Assembly (NCBI GenBank): GCA_002633005.1
Contig: NMRA01000217.1
Coordinates: 248,001 to 311,669, forward strand
Direction: 5' to 3'
Length of the DNA stretch: 63,669 nucleotides
DNA from: Phoronis australis
Lineage: Eukaryota > Animalia > Phoronida
Under the pieces are notes generated by a model. The model saw only the letters and a list, made by a program, of their open reading frames with translations. It had not been told where the DNA came from and ran no database searches. Shown one piece after another: positions 12,901-23,810 of this stretch; within the stretch, counting starts at the first letter, position 1, and each line of letters begins with the position of its first letter. The position numbers were made by a program, and so were the translations under genes.

Positions 12901-15666
12901 GACCATCTGTGTCTCCATCTTCATCTTCTTCTTCATCGTATTCCTGTGAAACATACGATTGTACAGAGCTATGAACCATTAAACCAACAGAGGCGCATTG
13001 AACTTCCAAATGTTTTTGTGTTCCAATGTCATGCGCAACACATTACACATTCAAGAACTCTTTATGCAATCAAGCAGTGCTGGAATTATACGCGACTGTT
13101 GGCACTAACTAGTGGACATGCAACATAATTAGTGTCTATGAACACAACTTTTCAATGACAAAATGGCAACTAACCAGTTTACGTGACATTCATAACCACT
13201 GCCAAACGAGACATTAATCACCTGTGATCCAAAAGGGAGTCTAACCAATTGCAATGGCCAACCACTCCTGGTTTATTGGTTCTTGATGTTAACAATCAGG
13301 AAGAATAACACAAGTTGTACATTCTGATGGCATCCGTTAATAACAATGAATACCATATGAGAATAACATTACACAAGGCACAACTTAGACCATAAGTGGA
13401 CCAGTTGCTAAAGTGCTAAAACGTACTTTAAATCAACCCATTAAATCTGATCGAGCAAAAAATAGAAATCTAAACTGAAAACTTGCTCTGTTCTGTACAG
13501 AATAAAGCAATCAGTGTTTACACAGCCGTCATGTGATACCTCATCATCGTCCAAATCTTCTCCTTCGGGCTCCTCGCTGCCAGCCTCACTCTTTGGATTC
13601 TAGAACACAGGAACAATGATGATAATCAATAGAGCAAGATAAGGTGAAGTAAGTAAGTACTGCTGACGTGAGTAAAACCTCAGCACACATATATATGTCT
13701 GTACATTATGTTATTATTGGCAATAAAAACAAACAAATTCACTGAAGAAAAAACAAAACAAAAAATGCTCCACAGGCATTGCAACAAAGACTCCCGCAGT
13801 ACATCCTATGACATCTACAGTGCAGAAGTGCAGTTCACAGACCCTATACAAAGTGAGTGGAAACGAGGAGTCAGAGGATAGCGAGAAGCAGGATGTTGCC
13901 CAACAAGGCGTATCACACACTAACTGTGCGGACCCTTCCAAAGTATGATAAAAAGCTCTTCGTATTGAAGTTTTGTTTTAAACAAAAATGAAATTGTTTC
14001 CTTATACACCAGGGGGCCGTAGGAAACATTAATCCCTCATAGCTCGGCACAAGTACTTTGTAAAATCACAATTTTTTTAATAAGCACGCAGACTGACCAA
14101 GAGAAGTTATGCAGACTTTTAATAAAACTTTTTAAGTTCTGAATTAAACCAGGGCCCTCACTCACCTGAGGGGAAAGATGTCTGCACCTTCTAAACGGGG
14201 AATCTGCGCCGCATTTTTCACTAAGCAAGAAATTTTTGCGTCGTTTTTTTAATTAGAGGGAATTCTTGTGATTTTCATTTCAGTATTGCTCTAGCACTGC
14301 TTTTTATAACAACACTCTTTTTTGCTTTAACAAATAAGCAAGTATCAACTTTAAGTTGAGCAATAAAAAGCAAGTCACTGATACATACACCATTCATTTG
14401 TTAAATAAGGGAGTGAAGATGACCTATTGTCACGTAACAAATTCATCAGCTTAGCTGCGCCTTCAACGTCCACATCAATGTAATACTGTTGTGACACTGC
14501 TTGTCTTATGAAGGCAATACCAAGACTATGGTTCGTTTTCACACAAGCACAGAACAATGGAGCGGTTAGAAAATATCCATCGGGGAAAACAACTTTCAAA
14601 ACTAGGTACTAAAAACGTTAGCCCTACTAACATCTTGAAGACGAAGTGAGTTAAGCTATGATTGTAAGGAAAACTGAATCTGAGAACCCACTTTGCTGGC
14701 GCAACAATCAAGGATTTCGGGTAAACAATATTTATAACGTCTCATAACAACATTCTCAAATTTGACAACTCAGTCTTTCTTCTATCTCAGCGAATGGACA
14801 AGAACAGCAATGCTTAGGCTTAACTGTTCTTAGTCAAGACTTAACTGCGAGTGACAGTGTTCTAGACAACAGGCACAATGTCCGTGAATAATCCTGTTGA
14901 GTTACCTATTCAAACATGGTCTGCTTGAGACTGCTTCTGAGAGGAGTGCACAGCAAGTTAATCAGTGAAAAGACACTTTCCAGTAATTGTCTATACTGAG
15001 GAACATGGATTTTCATAACTCTAGTAGAACTTGTTTGAGTTCCGTTGAGCAACAGACTAACGGAAGTTGTCTCTTAGTTTTGTGTTTCCAGTACGAAATA
15101 GTGCAATAATGCAAAACTGGTTGTAGCTCTACTTATGTGGCACTTGCTTCACAAGGAAACTAGATTGAAACATTTCCGGTGTGTGGCAGCCTCATGATTA
15201 AAGTCAACTTGGGTTTGAATACGATATTTTCAAGATTGCTTGAGGTTAAAACCATGACAGAAGTTTTTGATCGTTAAGAGGAGAATTTTTGACCTGATAG
15301 GGGAATTTGCGTGATTCTTAAATATTTTTGAGAGGGTAATTGGGCTGAATATCGACCCAATTTTGAGGGATCGAGGGAACTGTAAACCTTTGATTTTACA
15401 CTGCATGTGTAGTAAATTAAACTTTACAATACAAGCAACTTAAACAGGATAACTGACACTTTCATATAATTTTGTCAACAAATGAGTGCATCTGCACCAA
15501 GTCAATGGAGTGGCCATCATACCTTGACTGCTAACACTGCAGTACCCACCTCGAGTCAAACAAAAGAACGGCCCATCATACCCTGACTACTACAATGGCA
15601 ACTACATACCTCATTTTCACTTTCCTGAGCCTCGTTGTCAGAAAAGGCACTCTCACTGTCAGACAT
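890..15666 (-). CDS. SUPT5H: Transcription elongation factor SPT5 (DSIF large subunit), 5' part; 15 coding exons, continues beyond window start
   Basis: Exons 15610-15666, 13540-13599, 12853-12943, 11765-11903 (second copy 10450-10588), 8884-9015, 8209-8308, 7770-7904, 6733-6849, 5907-6005, 5153-5320, 4203-4278, 3097-3248, 2037-2192, 1548-1645, 890-959 splice GT-AG in phase into 550 codons: acidic N-terminus MSDSES..., [11 protein letters not shown] domain ([16 protein letters not shown]...[18 protein letters not shown]), KOW1-3. Confidence 0.97.
1548..1645 (-). CDS. SUPT5H: SPT5 exon ([32 protein letters not shown])
   Basis: Hand translation; phase 0-2. Confidence 0.95.
2037..2192 (-). CDS. 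SUPT5H: SPT5 KOW3 exon ([23 protein letters not shown]...SDVTMHE)
   Basis: KOW3 motif [21 protein letters not shown]. Confidence 0.96.
3097..3248 (-). CDS. SUPT5H: SPT5 KOW2 exon (...[19 protein letters not shown]...PKHEDLK)
   Basis: KOW2 motif; phase 1-0. Confidence 0.96.
4203..4278 (-). CDS. SUPT5H: SPT5 exon ([18 protein letters not shown]...)
   Basis: EGVKPTLxELEKF motif; phase 0-1. Confidence 0.93.
5153..5320 (-). CDS. SUPT5H: SPT5 exon ([15 protein letters not shown]...[27 protein letters not shown])
   Basis: Hand translation; not in ORF track; 168 nt. Confidence 0.95.
5907..6005 (-). CDS. SUPT5H: SPT5 exon (VDYVEPSQN...KLIPRID...)
   Basis: Conserved KOW1 segment; 99 nt. Confidence 0.93.
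6733..6849 (-). CDS. SUPT5H: SPT5 exon ([11 protein letters not shown]...[15 protein letters not shown]), KOW1
   Basis: Near-invariant Spt5 peptide; 117 nt. Confidence 0.96.
7770..7904 (-). CDS. SUPT5H: SPT5 NGN exon (PLQIKSVV...[10 protein letters not shown])
   Basis: KGYLYIEA motif; 135 nt. Confidence 0.96.
8209..8308 (-). CDS. SUPT5H: SPT5 exon, start of NGN domain ([15 protein letters not shown]...)
   Basis: Hallmark NGN start; tctag|...|gtagag. Confidence 0.96.
8884..9015 (-). CDS. SUPT5H: SPT5 exon ([15 protein letters not shown]...[14 protein letters not shown])
   Basis: Conserved SDEITQQxLLPGVK; phase 2-2. Confidence 0.95.
9851..10087. repeat. 23 bp minisatellite, about 10 units (AAAGCCTACACGTCAGGGATTCT)
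   Basis: Direct reading of tandem units. Confidence 0.95.
10450..10588 (-). CDS. SUPT5H: SPT5 coding exon 4, copy B (probable allelic haplotype duplicate)
   Basis: Same peptide as copy A with 5 synonymous differences; flanking intron also duplicated, junction at N 11255. Confidence 0.7.
11256..11400. repeat. Same 23 bp minisatellite, about 6 units visible after N
   Basis: Alternating GGCATT/GGGATT variants. Confidence 0.95.
11765..11903 (-). CDS. SUPT5H: SPT5 coding exon 4, copy A ([21 protein letters not shown]...RRLGTMW)
   Basis: 139 nt, phase 1-2, WEEGAQDII motif. Confidence 0.9.
12853..12943 (-). CDS. SUPT5H: SPT5 coding exon 3 (EYDEEEDED...[10 protein letters not shown])
   Basis: Conserved GGFILDEA motif; cag|...|gtaggt. 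Confidence 0.93.
13540..13599 (-). CDS. SUPT5H: SPT5 coding exon 2 ([20 protein letters not shown])
   Basis: ttctag| ... |gtatca, 60 nt, phase 0-0, acidic. Confidence 0.85.
15610..15666 (-). CDS. SUPT5H: SPT5 first coding exon ([19 protein letters not shown])
   Basis: ATG at 15666-15664, acceptor before 15689, donor GAG|gtatgt; MSDSE start typical of Spt5. Confidence 0.85.
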
Positions 15667-17377
15667 TGTGGGTGGTAGGCAGAAGTGAACTGTAACAAAA
15701 GGCAAATCTTCAGAGAAGATAAAACGAGCAAGTTACTTTGTACTGACCTATTACTAACTGTTCAGAGCCTGCTTTACCACATATACTGACTGACGTTGGT
15801 CCAGTTTTCAACAAGACAGGGAGGGACCTTCTACCAATCTGTCACTAATTGGGTCATGTGACCATGTTTTTTCAGTAAAATTTAACAAAAATTACATTCT
15901 TCGTAGAAAAATCATGCTAAAGATAACGCTGTCAATGTTCACTGACAGGATGAATTCTCAAAAAAACTCATTTTCTAAATCATCTTTTCAAACTCCAATT
16001 TCCTTTTTCCCTTTCTCTTATTGTCCCTCGGAGCTTTTATCAAATTTCAGAAATAGGCAATATTACAATATTAATTTCCCAAATTCAAGAAATGCAAGAA
16101 ATACTAGAAAGATGGAAAAATTAACCATTTTGTTATTCTGTTGCGTAAGCAGCTATTTTCAACTTTCAGCCTTTATTGATCCAAAATACGGTCTCTGACA
16201 TTTGAGAAATATCATGTCCCGATCTTCAGAATCACGAAATTTCAGCTTGAATTTCAGCATCCAAAATTTTAAAGGTTGTATCGAACTGGAGAATTCTTCC
16301 CTAGTCACTTTAATGAAAATTTATAGAACACCTATCCTAAAAACTTTCATTCTGTCCCATAAGTATTCATCGACAAATGGTTACATCCACGATTTCACTG
16401 ATGAATGAAAATTCAAACCACAATCTTATTTAGTTACATGACTTAGGAGGCTGTCAAACGTCATATCTCCTAGCGCAAGCAGTATGAAAATGGCCAGTTG
16501 CCGATTCGGGCAACTGAACGAAGGACTGCTTCTGGCATATGAATACTCCTTTTCACAGTACCACGAAAACTAGCACAGTGCAATGTTGTTTAGCATGGCT
16601 TCTCATTGGTTAAAGTAATGAAATCGACGTCATAACATTTAATCATTCCCATTGGTTGAAATCTGGGAAACCCCTTTCAGTTCACTGTTATGTAGTATGG
16701 TAACCACCTTTGACTTGAATAGTTACAATTTATTAAAACGGGCAGTGATCGAAGTAACCAAAATCACGGGAACCCTGATCCCATGGCTAAGCCCAAACAA
16801 GTACAGTGCATGGAAAGCGTGTGCAAGTGGTGGCGATGTGATCGATACACTTTCAACCAAGTATGCGCATTGATACCCACACACGGAATTCCCTGGGTGA
16901 TTCATCATGTTTCCACAGGGCCACTTTTCAGTAAAGCCTAAAGGTGGCGCTGTGTCAAAGGGTAGCGTATGACGGGACTATGGCTGGGAACATTACCGTC
17001 TACTACTACGTAGAGACAGTGGCACTGTTTAGAATGCAAATACTAGCCAGGAAAAAAAGAAATCGAGTGAGATCGGGCTCAGAGGTTTCCCTCGATGTCG
17101 TCAGATTTTTCAACATGTCCACAGCCAGTATCGAACCCTCGTCACCAAGCACACAACCTAAGAAAGGGGAAAATTTCCAACTAACAAGCGTTGGAGGGGC
17201 TATATTCGACACAAAATCACACCCGGAAGTCACGTGTGACAATCATTAACACAACTCTCTATGCAAGTCTTGCATGACAGATCAAATTGAGTTCTGAGAC
17301 TGACCAAAATACTTAAACATTTGTGGACAGCATGCTATTGTTGGAGTTACAACTGATATCTAAAGGCATCTACTTAC

Positions 17378-17455
17378 AGCTCCGGTCGACTAGATTACTT
17401 AGACTCTGAAAGCAGGTTTGTAAATCATACACCAAAACGCCGACTTTCTTCTTGC
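17378..17455 (-). other. SUPT5H: Probable non-coding first exon of SUPT5H
   Basis: Strong donor |gtaagta at 17377-17371 next to promoter-like motifs; first coding exon has an acceptor 23 nt upstream of ATG so an upstream exon is needed; TSS is an estimate. Confidence 0.55.
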
Positions 17456-17720
17456 AAAATTAGTTTCCGCTTATAAAGCGCATGCGTCAAGAAAATTTTG
17501 TTTCGTTGTTCTCCGTAAATGTTTGGTTTTATTTAAAAATCGTGTAGATTTTTACCTATAATGAACATTGTTCGAGAAGAATTCATTGGAAGTGATTTTT
17601 TTGAAATAAGTTAAGTTTATAAAGATTTTTTTAAATTTTCAAACGGTCAATTGACGTCAGCGTCCGTCCGCATTACTCATAAATATTTGCATCCGCCATG
17701 GTAGCTGGCGATTAGGAGAG
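17430..17720. promoter_or_regulatory. Putative bidirectional promoter SUPT5H / ZC3H4
   Basis: NRF1-like GCGCATGCG 17478-17486, TATA-like 17471-17477, CRE TGACGTCA 17652-17659, octamer ATTTGCAT about 17685-17692, YY1-like CCGCCAT 17693-17699, between divergent genes. Confidence 0.6.
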
Positions 17721-19666
17721 GTACATGTCTGAGGGAAATAACGAAAATCGTCGGATTAAGTCTTCGAATAGCACGTAATAATCATTTTATTAAAAGCACG
17801 AAGTCACACAGAAGGCTACTATGCCGTCAAAAACGGTTTTACCCTCATAAATTGTGATTTATCCCTCTGAAAGTGAATCACTCTGCACTGCAGCAAAGCT
17901 TGCAGCCCATCCCTGTATTTTTCAGAGTGATATATCAAAGGATCAAGGACAAAGAAAGGCTGAGTAAATGTTGCGGAGATATTTTACAACTTTTGGGGAG
18001 CATTTTAAGTCAACATATTTTCTCGTGTTCGTCGACTGGAGAAGGTAAATGCTGTGGAAAGCACGAAAGTTCTTGGGGAATATTTCGGGAGTCGCCATGC
18101 ATAAATTATGTTAATTAGCTTGTTTGTGCTCCCGCTCTCGGGGCACATTTAACGGTTGAAATCCTGTCGAAATCAAGTGGATTTCTGTATTTCAGCTATG
18201 GTCTTCGAAAACAGTGTTTTGTAGGAATCTACTTCTTTGTTCAGTAGTTTGTCGTTGTCTCGGGACTTTCTTTTTCGTCCGCCATTGATTGGGCGTTGTG
18301 CATGCCAGAAGAGTTTACTTTAGGAGTGGGAGGGGTGATTTTACCCTGATGCGACAGGTGTTTGCGCCAGGACTTCCCGATCGCATGCTGTGTACATGCG
18401 TTTTGTAAAATTTGATTTTTAGGACTGTAAATGAATGCAATTGTTTCCGTGTTGCGTTGAGTTTTGACGTAGTTTTTTGTTGTTATTCCGTTGTTTCATT
18501 CCGTCCTCACTCATTTTCTCTACGAGTTATGCTAATGCTGCTCGTACTTTGTTGGATCTGGCTTCATTTCCTAAGGGTACGTTGTTTATCCGTGGTTCCC
18601 ATTATTCATATGATTGTTTTAGTTTTGTGCTAATCTCAGCACCCGTTCTTTAGGCTCCGAATCGAACGATGAGTTTGGCCGTAATACGTTGTACACTTGT
18701 ACAAGAGGGTATTTATGACCTATTTAAACAATGATACGTGCATTGTCAAATCGCGCCAATGGAATAATCTATTTCACGATGGGGGTAACTTGTACTTCTA
18801 TTTCATGTCACTGAATTCGGAACTCGCAACATTCGGCGGGACCCTGACACGTTTACGTCCCGTCAAACAAGAAAACAATAATTATGAACTTCACCACAGT
18901 TGTTGAAGAATTCAAAAAGGCCCGGAAGTTAACGAAATGTTTCAAGCAGCATATTATTCATCATCATTGCGTGAGTGGATGTTGTTGTCATGAACTTGCC
19001 CGTATTATTTACGTGCCCCCGTTATGCACTACATCAGTAGGCGTTGATGTTTGAACACACAGCACTGGGTCATCATTATTATGAACTACAGGAGTCAACG
19101 ATAAACGCCCTGCTACACACTATTTGTTCATGGTTCAAGGAAATAAAGTGCAGTCCTACAATAAAACATCCCAACAAAACATAAGTACAATTACCAAGTC
19201 CAAATGGGTGACTCATGGAAATCCCCTCTGTAAAAAGTTTTTTTTTCTCAATGGCATATTTAAAAGTTTTATTTCTGGTATGCTAAGTAAGTTGCAAAGG
19301 AGGAGTTTCTGCCGTTGGTAAATTGCCTGGATGGGACAAGTTCATTAATTTGAAACAAGATTGTTGCTAGTGAAGAAACGAGTTAAAATGCTTAAATTTG
19401 TGCAAGGGGGAGTGCCGTATCAAATATTGCGAAACATTTGCTTTTTCCATAAATATCTTGTGTTGTGCACAGATGGGAATTTTTTTCTAAATCGGCAAAC
19501 TGACATTGGATTGGATGGAATACAAAACGACAATTACAAGCCGCTGTAAACCGGTGTCAAGAAATGGAACTTTTTGTTTTAGGCCACTCCCTGTAACCAG
19601 CTGCACATTGATCCTTGCTCAGATGAGAAGGTTTCTATAGGCTTGTAAAGAAGTGGCATGGTGGAT

Positions 19667-19960
19667 GGATAAAATTACTGGCCCATGACCAGCCATGCTG
19701 TTGAGCCTTTTCTCGATAAATTTTGAGGATAAAATTGCTGGTCGTGACCAGCCATGTTGTTGAGCCTTTTCTCGACGAATTTTGAGGATAAAATTACTGG
19801 TCATGCCCAGCCATGTTGTTTAGCCTTTTCTCGACGAATTTTGAGGATAAAATTACTGGTCGTAACCAGCCATGTTGTTGAGCCTTTTCTCGACAAATTT
19901 TGAGGATATAATTACTGGCTGGGACCAGCCATATTGTTGAGCCTTTTCTCAACGAATTAT
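19667..19960. repeat. About 59 bp minisatellite, 5 units
   Basis: GGATAAAATTACTGGTCGTGACCAGCCATGTTGTTGAGCCTTTTCTCGACGAATTTTGA consensus. Confidence 0.9.
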
Positions 19961-22900
19961 GAAATGTTTCTTTTGAAGTCCAGAAATATCTGATTTGAAA
20001 TACGTCCAGATTGAGACTCATTTAACTCCTGTTGGTCTAAATCATTTTTTTCAAATCAGATTGGGAGTTCATAGTACCCTTAATTTCGGGAAAGAAGAGT
20101 TTTCAAATTAAGCCCATTACCAAAATTTCAGTTTTGCATATACAGCATTGCCATGGAAACCATTCTCATCTTGTAAAATGCAAACAAGGTCATTTGATGA
20201 ATTATATTTAGATGAGAAATGTACTACTACTAATAATAATGCAGCACTCGATGGTCTGTTCACATATTTAATGAGTTTGAGTAAACAAACATGTTACAGA
20301 GTTTGTTTAGGTTATTTGTTGAGTTTTAAATACCTTCAGAAACAACAATCACTGGATCCTGCTCGGGTGGGGAAGAATGTATGAAGTTATGAAACCAAGA
20401 AGATGGGCAGGTGAAATAAAAATATGCCAGTTTGATGTGTTAAAAGATGCTCTCGGGCAGATGGGGAAGTGCCTTATGTCCCTTCTATAAGTCCAAATGT
20501 TTCAGAACTTGAATACAGGCGTTTCCAACTACCTAAGACTTGCATAAGTCGGATCCAGCCAAACTGAAAGATTTTATCTGAGTAAGCCGAAGTCTGAACA
20601 GCTGCTGGCCCAAGTTTAAAACAACTATACTGTGCACCTTTGTTCAAGTTGAGCAAAATTTTGATGACATTTCCAACGTATGCGAGATATACCGTAATTC
20701 AATGATAGTGGTTTCAAGTTGTTCACATGAGAATATAGTAAACACATGCACATCTTAATTTCAGCTCACACGAATCTATTAAAAAATATTCCATAAGTCT
20801 TGAGCGTGGCTTGAGCCCTATAGAATGTATTACTAAGTATGTAACTTGCGTGGGGTTTTTGCTCTCAGATGTCTTGGAGTTGGGTAATTTGGTGTTGTGT
20901 TACCTTTGTTGGGTTTTTTTGACTTTGTGGTATCTCTGGCTAGTTGGTAGTTTAGCTTCGTGGCTACCCGGACAATTGCCTTGTGTTCCTGTTTTGCTTG
21001 TGGGTTGTTCCTTGCTCTGTATTTTGAATGCAATGGGTCGACTCCCCTACCTATAACTTGGATGAAAACTCCCAGAAATGGGGACAGAACTTATGCCTTA
21101 AAATTTGCTTCTGATATTCTTCAATTATTGTTTATAATGCAAAACGTTTGCTGCTATTGCTGTTCCATCACCTCGCCCAATAACACCAGCCAGATAACAT
21201 TGCACAGTTAAACATTTTTGTTGCATGTATCGGACTTCTTGCTCAAAGGATAATTCTAGTTTCTTAACGTGGCAAATGATATTTTCATATTTATGTGTTT
21301 GATCAAATAACAAAGGTAATGTAGTGCGGTTCTGTGATGACGGTTTATGATTTTGTTTTGTAATTCGGTTACTGCATAATCGTTTCATGACATGGTATAC
21401 ATGGGGGTATTGTGAATAGTGGTTTATTCCACGAATCCAGACACTGAAAGTGTTAGCTTAATCTTGCGTTATTTTTCATCCTGAAGATGTCACTCTGATA
21501 AATGGAAAACTGTTAAAAACAATCGTTAAAAAGGCATTTCTATCCTTGGTACCACCTTGACATTGAAATCAAGAAACTGCTCTCAAAATTCCCTAGCTGT
21601 GGTTTTAAAGTGGCTGTAAACTTGCATTCCAGCCAAAAATAACTATGGTTTCATGACCTATTTTTTTGCTATGTTCATTGCTGCTGAAACTAAAGATGTC
21701 TCTTGGGTTTGATGAGAATTGATAGTTCGTTTAATAGTTTGAGAACATACTCAGTATGAGTTACTTGGTCCACTGGGTCATTTTGTGCACCAGGCATGGT
21801 CTTGAGTTGTCAGCTCTTCCCCAGCCCAGGCAATGTTCCTATACTGGCCAACTGTCCTGCTATGGTTTGGACTGTCCTTTTTTAAAGGTTTGTCCTGCAT
21901 CCAGCATCCGTATGTCCTGCTTTTTGATACATTCAATGAAAGTTGCGTATTCTTGGATATTTTAGTGCTTTTTGACATGATTTATCCCTATTTCCCAGTT
22001 CCATTACACAAAAATAAGTAAGAAACGCAGTAATGTTTTTGGTTATTACAACTTACACTTGTTTCTTGAGGCAGGGCCTAGAATGACACTTCTTACTTTT
22101 TCATTTTTATGCAACACTACACTTTCCTCAACTAAAGCGGAAAGTGGTTCAAATCAGATGTTAGTTTCCTTGACGGCCGAAGGTGGCCTTACAGCTGCTT
22201 TGACATGTATTTAAACTGGCTCGCATTATAAGAGTTCACCAATCCTATCGATTTGCATTACCTTGACACTCTTATGCTGGCTATTTTCCTGAATGCTCTG
22301 GGATCGAAAATCGTTCAAAAGTTGGAGATGTGGTTTGCGAGTTTAATTGAGCAGTGCGCTATAATCTGGAATAATTAGTAACTTGGGTTTCTTCTCAGCG
22401 CTTTGTTCTTCGTGAAGTGTTGTACAAAAATGGCAAGCAAGCCCTTGATAACACAAACAGTGATCTAAGTTTATTTTTGTGCACCAGACACCGAAGGAGA
22501 TATTGTGGTAATGACTGCAGTTCAAGAGTGTAGTGGTACAAAATGACAAGTGTCGGGTAGAACAGAAATATCACTGAAAGGGTCTAGAAATTGCGCCTTC
22601 TGTCAAATCTCAACATTTGATTTTAGCTCTGTCCCGTTATAAAAACAAGCCCGTCTTGGTTTCTAGGTTTGTGAGGGAACTAACAGGTTGCTATGGCTTA
22701 AGACCAGGTTTGACAGCGCCTTGGTTTCAGTTGCCATGGTTATATGGCCATCGGGAATTACAGGTGTTTTGTTGTGATCAATTTCAATAGAATAAATGCC
22801 AAGAAAGAGCAAATACTCACGTGTAGAAAACCGATACCCTTCCCTCTAGAACATGATAAGCAAGTTTGAAAATGGCAGTGTAACAGCAGTTGTCACCTGG

Positions 22901-23620
22901 TATTGAAGGTGCTTTGACTGCCTTTGTGTCAAGGAAGTTGATTTGAATTGTGCATCAAAAATGACTGGCAGTGACAAGCCAACTTACTGAGCCTGGTCTC
23001 GGGCAATAAACTGCCAGCTTGTTCCACACCAGAAATGAGCCATAATTTGAGTAAAAAGCCAATCATTGACCAGTCTTATATCCGAAAGTGGCATAAAAAT
23101 TTTGTGAGAAGGTCTATCATTCCAAATCACGAAAATATTAAACTTTAACTAGTTATGAAACGTGTAATTATATTTCTCAAAAATTGTGGGAACAAATGGT
23201 GAGGAAAGGTGCAATGAAATTCTGAGAATTTACGCATTCTGCTTCTTTAGTAGTGATAGTGATAGGATAAACATTTGCTTGGATAGTCACTGGGGAATTG
23301 TTTCACTAAAAGTGGTATTGTTACTTGTACGCTGTTATAAAACTGGTCTTAATTTGTTCATTTATAGATGAGAAGAGGTTTGTGGGACCGTTCAGTATTG
23401 TTTGAGGCTGCGCTCAGTTTATAAAATGAACTGCCAGGCCTCGAGCAATGGCAAACTGTCAGAAATCACTTGTAAGCAAAATTGATGGACATTTTTTAGC
23501 GATGAAAGGTGTGAATCAAAAGATTTTTTTGACGCAAAGCAAGCGCGTGGCAGCTTTAAGTGTTAAGGGAATAACAATTTTCTAATTGTTTCTTAACAAT
23601 TGTAGGTGTTTCCTATAATC

Positions 23621-23810
23621 ATGTCTGAACAAAGTGATGAGGGTGCAATGGAAATAATCGAGACGGTTGAAAATGGCGAACACGTCGAGTCCTCAGAAAC
23701 AACGAATAAAGATGAAGAAGATGCTGAGGATGGGGAAATATTAGAAGACGGAGAAATTGACGACGACGGAGTTGATGACGTGCCCTTGGAAGAAAACCTG
23801 ATACAGCCTG
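23621..23810 (+). CDS. ZC3H4: ZC3H4 first coding exon (MSEQSDE...EDGEILEDGEIDDD)
   Basis: Acceptor tgtag|23606, donor G|gtaagt. Confidence 0.9.

Noticed and set aside
13531-13539. U12-type intron donor (GTATCA)
   Set aside because: Lacks the GTATCCTT consensus; treated as U2
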